A DNA stretch of 64,000 nucleotides from the human T2T-CHM13v2.0 reference genome, Homo sapiens, in assembly GCF_009914755.1 (NCBI RefSeq), contig NC_060932.1; one strand, written 5' to 3'. The position numbers and the translations under genes were made by a program. Of this stretch, positions 39,650-52,519 are shown piece after piece; within the stretch, counting starts at the first letter, position 1; each line of letters starts with the position of its first letter. The notes under the pieces are model-generated. The model was not told the DNA's origin. It saw only the letters and a program-made list of their open reading frames with translations, and did not search any database.

Positions 39650-39739
39650 AAGATACTCAGTAAATATTTATTGAGTACTGGATTAAACATATTGCAACAG
39701 TTTGCTCACTAATAAAGAATAGTCTTTCAAGAAATTTCT

Positions 39740-41456
39740 GACTTCGAGTATAATAAAATAGGTTGCGGTAGGTCAATTTTTCTATTGTAACAATGGAAAA
39801 AAGGTAACTTACAAGAATTATGTTTTAAAGACATTGCAGGGCTGTGAAAACTGTGAAGAACAGATGAACTAAAATTCGAGAGAGTGGAGGACTACTCAGT
39901 TGAGATGACCATCGCAAGCCATTTTATTATTTAAAAACTTGTTGGATGTTTAGCAACAGATGGGTCACGGCAGATGAAAGGAATTAGTGGCCTAGAAGTC
40001 ATGTTAATAAAAATACACTCAAACCTAAGCACAGGGAGAAAAAAAGGATAAAAAAAATGCGTGAGAGAGAAGTGAGAACTACTTAAATATGTGTATAAAT
40101 GGCTTCTAGAATAAAGGGAGAGAGAATGTCAGAGATAATAACTAAGCATTTTCCAAAATTGAAGAAAGACATTAATCCACAGATTCAAGAAGCTTAGCAT
40201 GCCCCAAGCTGTATAAACACATAGATAACTACATGTAGGCACATAGTTATCAAACTTTTAAATTAAATGTATGATCAGGATTTTAGAGGCATTGGGAAAA
40301 GAGAAAAGAAAAACAAATTCAAAGAAACAGAAATGACTTACATCTGATTTGTCAAAGGAAATTAGAGAAGCCAGAAGAAAATGGAGTATTGTCTCTGTAG
40401 GCCCAAATGGTGGAGGGGGAGGGGAAGTGAAAATATTCTTCAAAGATGAAGGCAAAATAAAAATATTTTCAGAAAAGCAGCAACCCAAAATATTAATTGC
40501 CAGTAGGTCTTTACTGTAGGAAATACTCAAGGGACTTCTTCAGGCAAAAGAAAATGACCCCAGAAGGATAACTCAAAAGGCAGGAGTGAAAAAAAAAAAA
40601 AAAGAAGAATACCAGAAAAGATATGTATGTGAGTAAATAAGCAAATATTATATATAAATATATATGTGGGTATGCAAGTATATATTGGCTGTAGAAAACA
40701 GTTATAATGATGTCTTTTGAAGTTTCAAATACATTTACAACTAATATATATAAAATAACGAATAAAAGAGAAAGGCATCAACTGAGTTTAAAAGGTCTAA
40801 AAGTATTTGGGAAGTGGGAAAGTTAGAAATCTGTATTAGATTCTAATAAGTCACATCATAAATTCTAGGGTAACTATTAAAAGAAAACAAGAGTGTGTAT
40901 AACTAACAAATTAGAGAAGGGGAAATAGAATATAGAATAATAAATGTTTAGTTAACCTATAAGGAGACAAAAAAACAAAAACTAAAGTAACATAAAATAG
41001 ATGACCAAAAATGGAGGAAAAAAGCTAGCAAGATGGTAGGTACAAGCCCTACAATATCTGTAATTACATTAAATGTAAGTGGACTAAATAAGCAAAAGAA
41101 TAAGATTGTCAAACTGGATAAAAAGTAAAACTTCACAATATGCTGTTAATAAGAGATGTACTTTAAATACAAAGATCAGAAAATTTAAGAATAAAAGGAT
41201 GAAAACACATAATGTAAGAACTAACTGAATAAAATTTTGGGTAGCTATACTTATATTGGAATATTTGGACTTTAAAGGGACAAACTTCATTGGGGATAAT
41301 CAGGGACATTTCATAATGATAAGGAAATCATTATAAAATGAGGTAATCACACTTTTAAATCTGTGTGTACCCCATTGCATAATTTCAACACACATAAAAC
41401 AAAAAAATGACAGAAATGAAAGGATCCATGGAAAAATCCATAGTCATAGGGAGACT
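39740..41456 (+). mobile_element. L1ME-type fossil: ORF1, inter-ORF spacer and ORF2 endonuclease start
   Basis: ataactaagcattttccaaaattgaagaaagacattaatccacagattcaagaagct (ORF1 NFP..KDINPQIQEA); atatctgtaattacattaaatgtaagtggactaaat (ORF2 ISVITLNVSGLN). Confidence 0.8.
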
Positions 41457-41492
41457 GTGATGAATTAAGGTACAAATTGTAAACCTAATAGT

Positions 41493-41668
41493 AAGGATTA
41501 GCAAATTTTTCTATCAAGAGCCAGATAGCAAATATTTTTGTTTTTGCAGGCAATATGATCACTGTCACACCACTCAGGTCTACTGTTGTGGTACAAAAGC
41601 ACCTATTGACGATAAATAAATAAATGGGTGTAGTGGTATTCCAATAAAAGTTTACTTATAAAAACAGC
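41493..41668 (+). mobile_element. MER58A hAT-Charlie
   Basis: gcaaatttttctatcaagagccagatagcaaatattttt...ttccaataaaagtttacttataaaaacag. Confidence 0.75.
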
Positions 41669-42262
41669 ACACACATACACAACACACGCACACAGTTAAT
41701 AAACCAACAACAGAGATCATAAAGTAGTAGAAATCAGAAAGAGCACTCAATTCATCCAAAAGAAGGCACAAAAAACACGTGACCAAACAACAACAAAAAA
41801 CCAAAAAACCTCATACAACTAGCTTATCACTAATGAAAGTGATATTTTGAGCTCCATTTTCATGTTTCCTGTGTCTACCTCTCAATTATTTTAGATACCA
41901 GGTGGAGAAAAATGAAGTATTGTTTATTGACTTCCTAAAGCACCAAAGTTTATGAATCTCAAATTGAATTCAGCCCCTTTACTTTCACATGCCCACCCTC
42001 CCCCAAACACACACACAAGCACACACACAAATCCTACTCACAGAAGTATTTTCATGTACAGAAAAGTTTGCTGAAAGTTTAGGGAAATAAAGAGAAGGTT
42101 TTACATTATAGCCACATGTGAACTTCAGATTACATATTAGACATGCTTCTTCTTAAACGTCCTTTGGCAGTGTTCTTCTCCCAGCTAGGGTAGAATAGAT
42201 CATGGGGGACAGTAATCTCATTGAGAAGAACTAGAACTAGTAAGTAAAATAATTTTATATGT

Positions 42263-42440
42263 GAAGGGTTAGCAAACTATGGCCCACAGGCCCATTCTAG
42301 CCATGCCTATTTTTTGTGTGCCTGATGGCTGTTTGGTGTTTTGCACGCAGTTGAGCCATTGTGACAGAGGCTGTTATAGCCTTCAAAGCCAAAAAAAAAA
42401 ATTTACTCTCTGGCCTTGACGGGAAAGTTTGCTGATTCTA
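42263..42440 (-). mobile_element. MER58-type hAT-Charlie
   Basis: gggttagcaaactatggcccacaggcc...tgtgacagag...aaagcc...atttactctctggcc...aaagtttgctga. Confidence 0.7.
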
Positions 42441-42994
42441 GATATTTAAAGGCAGAGAAGATCAGAAGTGTTGAAGACTAAAAGGTATATACTTTCAGAG
42501 AGGGAAGAAATATTCAGAGAAAAGTTGAGGAAATACAGCTGGTCCTGGGGGCATTTGTTGATTCTTGGTGAAGGTGAGTGTGGGGATCCAGGTTTGGCTT
42601 GGGTAGAGAATCCCGGATGGAGGACAAATAAATCAGCAGAGATTTTGGTGGTCACATGGGACAGAAGCAACAATATTGGCAAGCTGAGGAGCATCTTGCC
42701 CTGGATTCCAGAGGTGGGTGCAGCATAAGGCTAAAGACTAAGCTAAAGCCTTGCAAAGCAAAACTTCCCATTGCATGGGAGACAAAGCCCCACGGAGGGA
42801 GGAAACCTGCTAACATCTGGTGAGAATCTGAAGCCCTAGATTAATAATCAGTTAGCATTGGTGAGCCACAACTCTTTTACCCTAAGACAACTTGCTTATC
42901 AGAGACATCATGAATGGAGAATCCATGCTAGGACCTTAGTGAAGGCTTATTGTTAGAGGACAGAGAAAAAAGTCCTCTAACAGTTAGTACATCC

Positions 42995-43150
42995 TTTGGT
43001 GGGGGTAAATGACTAGAAGGGGACAAAACGGGTTACGTGTTGATAATGTTTCTATTTCATAGTCTGAGTGTCTTCATTGTGTAAAAATTCATTGACTGTA
43101 CAATTTGGATTTGTGCACTTTAGGGTATGTTATATTTCAATTAAATTTTC
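42995..43150 (+). mobile_element. L1ME 3' end fragment
   Basis: tgactagaagggg...gataatgtttctattt...gtaaaaattcattgactgtaca...gatttgtgcacttt...gtatgttatatttcaat. Confidence 0.6.
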
Positions 43151-43394
43151 CCAAAAAATAATTCCTTAGACTAACCATCCTTACTTTTCCTCTATCCACA
43201 ATTTCTATGAGTTTCCAAGATAAAACAGTTTAGTTACATCTTTTGGCTACTTGACTCCCACTAACCCACACCTTCAAAATCTTACCTTATACCACAAGAC
43301 ACTTACTGATTTAATTTCCTAAATGCAGTTTCTTTTTAAAAAATAATTGTGGATTGTGATTAAAATAATTTATTTTCACCCCTCTTTAGAAGTA

Positions 43395-43680
43395 ATGGCC
43401 ATATTGTATTATGTGTGGGTCAGATTAGCAGAATATCACAATTTAAGAAGAACATGGAGAAATTGGAACATGCCCAGAGGAGGGCAAATAGCAAGATAAA
43501 AGTATATGGGAATTATGTTGCATGTGAAACATTTTTAGCTAATGGGGATTTTCTAACTGAAACATAACAGATTAGATTCAGAGGGGTAGTACAATCAATG
43601 CTTTCAAACCCATAATATATTTTGTAAAAGAATAATTCATTTTATTCTAAGTATTTTGATGTCAGAGTAGGGATAAATGG
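43395..43680 (+). mobile_element. L3/CR1 ORF2 C-terminal relic
   Basis: tttaagaagaacatggagaaattggaacatgcccagaggagggca translates as FKKNMEKLEHAQRRA, compare CR1 FKRDIDKLERVQRRA. Confidence 0.7.
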
Positions 43681-43989
43681 TTGGCCATTACATGGTAGTT
43701 TCCCTTGAATGTTCCATTATCATTTATTAAAAAAGGTTATGTTATTCATTCACTAATTGAACAGAAATTTACTGCATGATGAATACATGATAATTTCTGC
43801 TGCCAAGGAGGTCATAGTCGCGTATGGAAGACAGGTCTAAATGATTATATAAGAAGGTAAAGATTCACATAATCACATCAAGAGGTGACATTGGAGCTCA
43901 GAAGAGAGTGAGATGGGTGAAGAGAAGGAAGTGAAGAGGTGAGTTCAAAAGCAGAACTCAAGGGTCTTCTCACCCCCAAACCTGCTCTC

Positions 43990-44765
43990 CATTCTATTTA
44001 CTGTATAGAAAGGAACAACCTCGCCATCCACTCAGTTACTCAAGGTGGTAGCCTGAGAGCCTACCATGATCTCACCCTCTCCTGCACCCTCACATCTAAA
44101 CCCAGCAGCCTCTCATTTCTATGGATCCTAGCACAAAACATTTCTAAAAGATATGTTTTCATTCCTGTTACCACTGCTATGTTTAGAACCCTGTGTCCCG
44201 TACCTGAATAGTTATGTGACATCCTAACTGTTCTCCTGCCTTCAGCCTTGGCCCCCTCAAATCTGAGCTCACACGGACCGTAGGGTTACTTTTCTAAAAT
44301 AAAAATCAGGTCATATAAATGTCCTGCTTCAAGTCCTTCATAGACTCTTAGAGGTTAGAAAACCCCTCACTCTGTGGCATAGGATGTGAGGCCCTTCCCT
44401 CTTTTACTCTTGCCCATCCATTCAGCTCATCTCAGACCAGCTACACATTTTTACATGCCCCACATTCTAATAACACTGACCCATTGTAGTGACTCTGCAC
44501 TCTACTCAGTCTCACACATCCACATCTGTATTCTCTATTTCCCTTTATCCAAAAGCCCCCTCCTCAGCTCGCCCACCTGAGAAGGCTTCTCCCCTCCATG
44601 CCTTAGCTTTAACCTCAATCCTGTAAGTCCTTCTGGGCCCCTGCCCTTGGAAGAGAGACAGCATCTTTATTTGTGCATTCACTTTTTTTCTGCAGATCTC
44701 TAAAATAATTTCCAGCTTCACCTCTCTTCTCACCAGGCTTTGAGCTCCTGAGAAGCATGAACAAG
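43990..44765 (+). mobile_element. L2 fragment
   Basis: gccatccactcagttactcaag...cctaactgttctcctgccttcagccttggccccctcaaatc...tttctaaaataaaaatcaggtcat...gagctcctgag. Confidence 0.7.
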
Positions 44766-44771
44766 GATGTG

Positions 44772-44998
44772 TAACATCGTGGTTAAGAATGTAACTTCTA
44801 GTCAGGTGGCCTGGATTTGAATTCTGGCTCTATTTTCTCTTAGCTGTGTATCTTTGGTTTGTTTATGGCTTTGAGCCTCAGTTTCTTTGTCTGCACAACA
44901 ACCAGATGAAGAATCACCTGTAAAGTGCTTAGAGCAGAGCCTGACACATAGTAATTCCATAGTAAAAGTGATCTATTATTACTATTGTAACTACTATT
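44772..44998 (+). mobile_element. MIR
   Basis: gtggttaagaatg...cctggatttgaattctggctct...gagcctcagtttc...gtaaagtgcttagagcagagcctgacacatagtaa. Confidence 0.78.
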
Positions 44999-46487
44999 AT
45001 CTCTGCATGGGGAGTGTGTTACCAAGAAGATAGTATATAGGAGGTCCTTAATAAATATTTAATGCATGTTTTCCAACTTTACACTTTGCAAGAAAACTAT
45101 GTTAGAACACATGCATGCACGCACACACATACAGCCCTGGGGACTAGAAGATGAGAAATTTACCTGTCATATATATTTCTTCTATCATAGCAATCTGTTT
45201 CTAGTTCTCAAAGGGGAAGGTTGTCCTCATAGCCCAGTCTCTCAGTCCTATAATCTTACTGCTGCAGCATTTTAGGAGGAATTCAGTACTTTAAATCAAA
45301 GAGGTAGCTATAGAGCTACCTTGGTGACATTTATCCATAAAGCAATAACAGGTGGGAAGAAACTTGGAGATGAAAATCTGAACCCACAGCAGCCATTTGA
45401 CTGCTCTGTTTAGGAGCAAGTTTTCACATAACTCTAATCAATGCTATGCTCCAACCCAGAAGTATTAAAAACTATCTTCTAAGCAAAAACTATTTACTGT
45501 CAGCTTTTATAACATTAGAATTTGATACAAAAAGTTGTATAATGCAGTCTTTTTAATGACCTATTTTGGGCCTGTCCTTGTCACTTTGCCACACCAACAC
45601 CATCTAAGCCTTATTATATGCTAAGATTTTTTTCTTTTATTCCTGGATTCTGAAAAAATTGGTTTGAGCTGCAGAGTACTTCTTTCTTTATATTTCTAAG
45701 GAAGCTTTCATAACATGGTAGCCAAATTATGTGAAAAATGTATCCCTGTGGTGATGTCATTTTCAAGGGAAAACATACTTGGGATATGAAGTATTCCCAT
45801 CAGGAATCTCCGAGATCTCACATCTGTACTCTTAACCCCAAGAGGTTATCAAATGATAGTAGTTGATTGTAAAAGGGATGACTTCTAATGGGGTGTTGGC
45901 AGGCAGGCTGGCCAACAGTCAGAGGTCACTGCACAAATATTTATAGAGGAAGTGAAGGCTTCATTTTTGCTTTCACTATCAGACAGCTCTCACAAATGTG
46001 CAAAGAAAGACTAATGCTTGGGATTAAGATACCCTTGTACATAGGAAAATCCAGAAATCGATAGCTTGTTGGTAGAGTCTTACATGGTGTCAAATGCCAG
46101 CCTCTAATTATTCAGTGTAGGCCACCTAAAGGAGTTTCATAATAAAGAGAAAATGTCCCTAAATAAATAAACAAAGCCAGATGAAGAAGTTTGAAGAAAA
46201 ATGCATCACCTGCCCAAATAGAACATGAAGAATCCTTTAAGAATATGTAGACAATAATTACAAAGCTGCATGGAAACATTTATTTCTTGATGACTTTAAG
46301 ATGGTTGCCAATATCTAAAAGTAGAGACACTTTTTAATTCCTTTCAGACCAAAGATGTATTATGGCAAGTCCTGTGATCTCCTATTCATTCCCAGAGCAA
46401 GATATGAATGATCATTAGTACAATTAGATGACAAAATTGGAAAAGTACAAGTGGATACTCAGGTGGTCTTTTAGTTGGTTCATCGGG

Positions 46488-46725
46488 GAAGCAACATGGG
46501 GTGGCAGCTAGGACACAGGCTTTGCAGCAAAAATGACTCAAGTCAGAAGCCTGTCTCCACTTCTTGTTAAGTCTGCAAATTTCTTAACTTCTCTAAACTC
46601 CGTTCTCATCTTTTGTAAAATGGAGACAATCCTTAGGGTCATTGTGAGGATTAAATGAGATCATGACCATGAAACCTTTAGCACGTTTCCTAGCATTCAA
46701 ACATTATTCCAAAATATTAGTTACT
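46488..46725 (+). mobile_element. MIR
   Basis: ttcttaacttctctaaactc...gtaaaatggagacaat...ttgtgaggattaaatgagat. Confidence 0.7.
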
Positions 46726-47701
46726 GTACTATGGAATGAGTGACGAGAGGAAGGGGTCACCTTTTGTTTCATTCATTTCACAGAGTGCAACCTGATTTTT
46801 CAGTGAGTGTTGACAAGTCTTCTCAGGGATCAGTGTCAATGTTTTCAAGCCTCATAGGAGAGCCAGAAGAACCCAGACACAGACTTACCAGCTATAAAGT
46901 AGGAGAAAGGCCTATTAAAGCCAAGAACTGTCTAACACCAAATGCTGTGAGTCTGGCTTACAGAATAGTTTATGTTGATTCTTTGATTCATTGCTATGGG
47001 TAATGACTACTGCAGGAAGGACGGGACCATACTGATGGCAGCAGAAGTGAGAGTTCTAGGATGAGTCACAGAATAATCACATCAGACCACATGGATTGTG
47101 CATGCCTGCCAGGCAGCTGACTTCTTTCAGTGTGCCGATTGAAAAAGCATATATGAGGATTTATTAATCTACTTCCAGGTATCAAAAAAGTAAACATAGT
47201 CAACAGATAGCAAGGCTTGCAGCGAATTGGTAGCCCATGAATCTCTGGTTCTGGTATTGTTAGAGGAACCATAAAATATAATTTCATGTATGATATGTTT
47301 CACAGTTACCCAATGGGAAAATTTATGACATTCTTTACATATATCACAATTAGCTGATGACAGCAAAAATAAAATGTTGACTATTTCCTAAGTTGAGAAA
47401 AACTCACATTTTTAAACAATTATGCCCTAGTTATCAACTCTTCCTGCTAATTTTGTTTCGAATTGGGTCTTTTTACAAAAGTGCCTGACAACTTAGACAT
47501 GTGCTATTTATTAATAACTGTTTTATAAGGTTCAACCATCTCCTATATACATACTGTACTCATGTAACCAACATCTAATGTTCTCAAAGGACTAGACCAA
47601 GCTCTGTTTTTTATATTAAATGTGTAAAATTAGTATCTTCACTAGTTATGATACAAAAGATGCAACAAACTCAGTTAAGCCTTTACCTTGGAGTACTCTT
47701 T

Positions 47702-47860
47702 TATGTTCAGTATTTAAAAATTTATTTTTAATTGACAAATAATCATTGTATATATTTGTTTGGAACAATGTGATGTTTTGATACATGTATATATTGTAGA
47801 ATAATTAAATCAAGCTAATTAAGTTATCACCTACTTATTTTTTTGTGGTAAGAACACTAT
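47702..47860 (-). mobile_element. Short 5'-truncated L1MA (L1MA8-10-like) 3' end
   Basis: tttttaattgacaaataatcattgtatatatt...acaatgtgatgttttgatac...aaatcaagctaattaa...ttgtggtaagaacact; perfect 15-bp TSD cttggagtactcttt (47687-47701 / 47861-47875). Confidence 0.85.
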
Positions 47861-48252
47861 CTTGGAGTACTCTTTAAGCGCAAGCTATGATGACATGATT
47901 GCAGCTGTGAGTACATGTTTGCATTATATATGCATCTGTATGTTTATGACTAGAAGGGAATATACAAGTAACCTATTGTGATAAGTTGTAGTGACATTAA
48001 AACAGATTCCATTTTCATCCTCCAGATCCCTACCTTACTACATTGCTAATGGGTTTCTTTTACAATTAAAATAACACAAGATGAAATGAATTGGCCCAAT
48101 TTTTTGCTTCAGTAGACAGAATTTAGTGGCATCTCTTTGGGATGATTTAGGACCATATGGGGAATTGAAGTGAACATCGTGAGCATCCACATTTTTATGG
48201 AAAGTAAGAGAAAGGGAATCAATTGTGGTGACTCCAGAATATGATGTTCAGG

Positions 48253-48667
48253 TATATTAGTTTCCTGTGGCAACTGCAGCAAATTACCACAAACGAGGAG
48301 GCTTAAAACAACAGAATTGCATTCTCTCACAGTTCTGGAGTCCAGAAGTTCAAAGTCAAGGTGTTGGCAGGGCCAGCTCTTTCTGGAGGCCTTGGGGGAG
48401 AATTGTTCCATGCCTCTGATCCAGCTTTGGTGGCTGCTGGCAATTCTTGGTGCCCCTTGTCTTGTAGGTGCATTGCTCCAATCTCTGCCTCTGTCCTCAC
48501 ATAACGTTCTTGGTGTGTCTTCTTCCATTCTTTTCCCTTTTATGAACACTTGTCATTAGATTTATGGTCCATCCTAATCCAGGATGATCTCATTTCAAAA
48601 TTCTTATCTTAATCACATTTACAAAGATCTTTTCTTCCCAAATATGGTCACATTCTGAGATTCCAGG
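48253..48667 (-). mobile_element. MLT1C LTR (5' end lost)
   Basis: tatattagtttcctgtggcaactgcagcaaattaccacaaac...ggtggctgctggcaattcttgg...ccaaatatggtcacattc. Confidence 0.85.
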
Positions 48668-48826
48668 CCATCTGCAAGCCAAGGAGAAAGGCCTCAGAAG
48701 AATACCAAACCTGCCAACACTTTGATCTTGGACTTCCATCCTCCAGGAGTGTGAGAAAATAAGTTTCTGTTGCTTAAGCAACCCAGTCTGTGGTATTTGT
48801 TATGGCAATTCTAGCAAACTAATACA
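48666..48826 (+). mobile_element. MLT1B LTR 3' portion
   Basis: ggccatctgcaagccaaggagaaaggcctcagaagaataccaaacctgccaacactttgatcttggacttcc...gcaaactaataca. Confidence 0.85.
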
Positions 48827-49399
48827 ATGTCTTAATAAAAAGCAAGTTGTTTTCTTCAAGATTAGTACTCAGAAAGGAAGAACATGCCTTATAGTCAAAT
48901 CCTTCGAACATTACAAAACATTCAAACAAGCATTTTATATTAGACAATGTGATACAGTTCGGAAGAAAAACACTAGCTTGAAATGACTATAATCAGTGCT
49001 AGTTTGGGATGTTGTATGGAGGTCACCTAACAAAACTGGTTTAAAAAGTCTTAATAACAAAAGGAAACAAATTATTTCATAATTATTTCTTAGTGTACAA
49101 TCTCACAATGTATATGTTAAATTTTATTTTTTTAATTTGATTTTAAAGTGTTCTTTAAAAATCAATACCTTAAGTGGTTATGTTGTAGAGATAAAGCATG
49201 CACTTGCAGAATAAATAGAATGGATATCTATTATATGAATTGGTTGGAAGAATATGGCTCACGATAAAATTTCCAGTGACAATATTATATATAAATCCAA
49301 AAAAGTGCTAGTCCTCTATCTCAAACAACTTAGGTGAAAGTGAGAATGACAATTCCATTGTAGAAAACTGTAAACGCTACTTCCAAGATGACTGTGTTG

Positions 49400-49600
49400 A
49401 TTATTGTATTGGTACCATTTTTTGTCTGGTGGGTAGGGAGCAGAAAACTCTTTAGTTCACAAATAGTCAGACTGAGAGGAACTGTACCTGAGGAGGTAGA
49501 CCCAAGGAGACTCCACTGCATACAGACCTGATTTAGATTATGGAATCTGGGATGAGACTCGCTTTCATAAGAGCCCTGAGGGATATTTGTGTGTTGATGA
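49400..49600 (+). mobile_element. Possible MLT1-int 3' fragment
   Basis: tttagttcaca...gagaggaactgtacctgaggag...gacctgatttagat...gggatgagact. Confidence 0.4.
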
Positions 49601-50084
49601 TTCTTCTGCAAGCATCATTCAGAGGCTGAGATTGAGGGAAGTTCTACCATCTTTAACATGTTACATCTAGGGTCACCTTGCCTCTTGATACCCACAGTCA
49701 GAGAGGTGAATGTTGAAGATGCATGTGAAAAATTTGAATAAAGTTGTTTTATTAAAGATGAGTGAAATAAGGTAATATAGTTATCAATTTTCACATGTAA
49801 ATACTTATAAGTAAATTAAGAAATTAAATATTATAAATCAAGAGTTGATTATTTCAATTATATTCTCCAAAACTTGATGTTTTAAAGTTGGTCAAAATAA
49901 TAATTTTTTTAGACTTTTGTTACTGGAAAAAGAAGAGATTGCCTTATATGTGGCATAATTTTCTATTCAGGCATACATAGAAAATGTATTTAAAAATTAT
50001 TAATTCATTGCTACATTCCATTACTCCCAAAAATGTGTTCTGAAGAATAGAAGTTCCTTAACTACTTTAAAAAGACAAGTTTTT

Positions 50085-50240
50085 CAGTCAAGCAACTATG
50101 TGAAAGGCTGCACTCACAATTTCCCTCATGGAGAATCCAGTACAGATCAGCATAGTAAAAGGCTCTGGAAAGCTCTTCAGTAAAAAAACTGGTTTAATTT
50201 TGTTTAACCTAGCATCTCCCAAACATGATTTACTCAAAAG
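50085..50240. mobile_element. hAT-Charlie family MER fragment
   Basis: gcatagtaaaaggctctggaaagctcttcagtaaaaaaactggtttaattttgtttaacctagcatctcccaaac. Confidence 0.45.
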
Positions 50241-50261
50241 ACCGATCTCTCTATTGTTAAC

Positions 50262-50765
50262 AAATAGACTGTTCTTTTGTAGCAGTTTTAGGTTTACAGA
50301 AGTATTGCATTGAAAGTACAAAGAGCTTCCATCTACCCTCTTTTCCACAGTACACAGTTTCTTCTAATATTAACATCTTGCATTATTGTGGTACATCTGT
50401 TATAATTCATGAACCAATATTGATACATTATTATTCATTAAGGTGCATAGTTTACATTAGGGTTCACTCTCTGTGTGTACAGTTCTATGGATTTTAACAA
50501 ATGTACCATGTCATGTAGCCACCATTCCAGTATCAGGAAGAAGAATTTCACACCGCCCTAAAAATGCCTTGTGCCCTACCAGTCCATCCCAGTCCATCCC
50601 TTTCCCCTTCGCCCTAAATGCCTGGCGACCATTGACCTTTTCACTGTCTCTCTAGTTTTGCCTTTGCTAGGATGTCAGATAGTTGAAATCATAGAGTTTG
50701 TAGTCATTTCAGACTGGATTCTTTCACTTGGTAATATGCACTCAAAATTCCTTCATGTTTTTTAG
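50262..50765 (-). mobile_element. L1MC1/2-like 3'UTR
   Basis: agcagttttaggtttacagaa...attaacatcttgcatt...gaaccaatattgatacattattatt...tttacattagggttcactct. Confidence 0.8.
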
Positions 50766-51519
50766 AAGTGGTAAACATTCTTTACATTTTCTGGATTCAC
50801 ATACATTGTCAGTTACATGCATTACAAATACTTTCTCCCAGTTTGTGTACCTGCCTTTTCATTTTATTAACAAGTCTCCTGTAAATAAGAGTTTTTAATT
50901 TTAAGTAAGTCCAATCTATCAGTTTTTCTTTTATTGTTATTATGTTTTGTCCTGTCTAAGAAACAGTGCCTAGCCTAAAGTCACAAAGGAACTCTCCTAT
51001 ATTTTCATATAGAAATGTTATTATTTTAACTATTATGTTTAGATCCATCCTCCAACTCAAATTAATTTTTGTGTATGTTGTGAAGAAAAGATTGAGATTC
51101 ATTATTTCCCATACAGATATCCAGTTTTTTTCACCATCATTTGTTAAAAATACATCTCTTCTCTATGTAATTATCTTAGTGCCTTTGTTAAAAATCAATA
51201 GAGGGAGTCTATTTCTGGATAATCTATTCTGTTCCATCTGTCTACATGTCTATTCATATTGTTTACATTACTGAAGACTTATAGTGTTTCTTGAAATCAG
51301 TAGTCTTCCAACTTTGTTCTTTTTCAAGATTGTTTTGGTTATCCTAAACCCTCAACATTTCTATTTAAGTTTTAAAACCAGCTTGTAAATGTCTACCAAA
51401 TGCCTGCTTGGGTGATGATTACAATTGGGTTGAATCTACAGATTAATTTGGAGAAAATTAACATCTTACTAATATTGTTTCTTTTTATCAATACACTTGG
51501 TCTCTCTCAAAGTATTTAG

Positions 51520-52014
<495 letters not shown>

Positions 52015-52486
52015 TAATTTTGCTATATTATTAGTTCTAGTTACATTTTTGTAGATTATTTGGGACATGTTATCTGTGAATAACAACAGTGTTCTTTCTT
52101 CCTTTTCTTTTTTTCCTCTTTTATTCTTTATTGCCAGGCCAGGGTTTTCAGGACAATGGAGAGTAGAAGTAGTAAAGATGGATATTCTTATCCTTCTCCT
52201 AGTTTAAAGGTGACAGTTAATATTTCACCATTAAATATGATGTTATTTATAGATTTTTAATAGATGTTCTTTATGAGATTGAGAAAGTTTCCTTCTATTC
52301 CATGAATGTGTGTTGATTTTTTTCAAATGCATTTTCTGCCTCAAACAAGTTGACTTTATACTTTTCTACTTTATTATGTTAATATGGCAAGTTGTCTGAT
52401 TTCAAACGTTAAGCCAACTTGCATTCTAAGGTCAATGTATTGTTATTCTTTTGATATGTTGCTGGATTTGATATTACTAATATTAT

Positions 52487-52488
<2 letters not shown>

Positions 52489-52517
<29 letters not shown>
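52489..52517. repeat. (TG)n microsatellite
   Basis: Read directly from the sequence. Confidence 0.95.

Positions 52518-52519
<2 letters not shown>

Noticed and set aside
32489-47069. Isolated TGAGTCA motifs (e.g. 32489 and 47063)
   Set aside because: Several 7-mers are expected by chance in 64 kb, and these have no supporting context.
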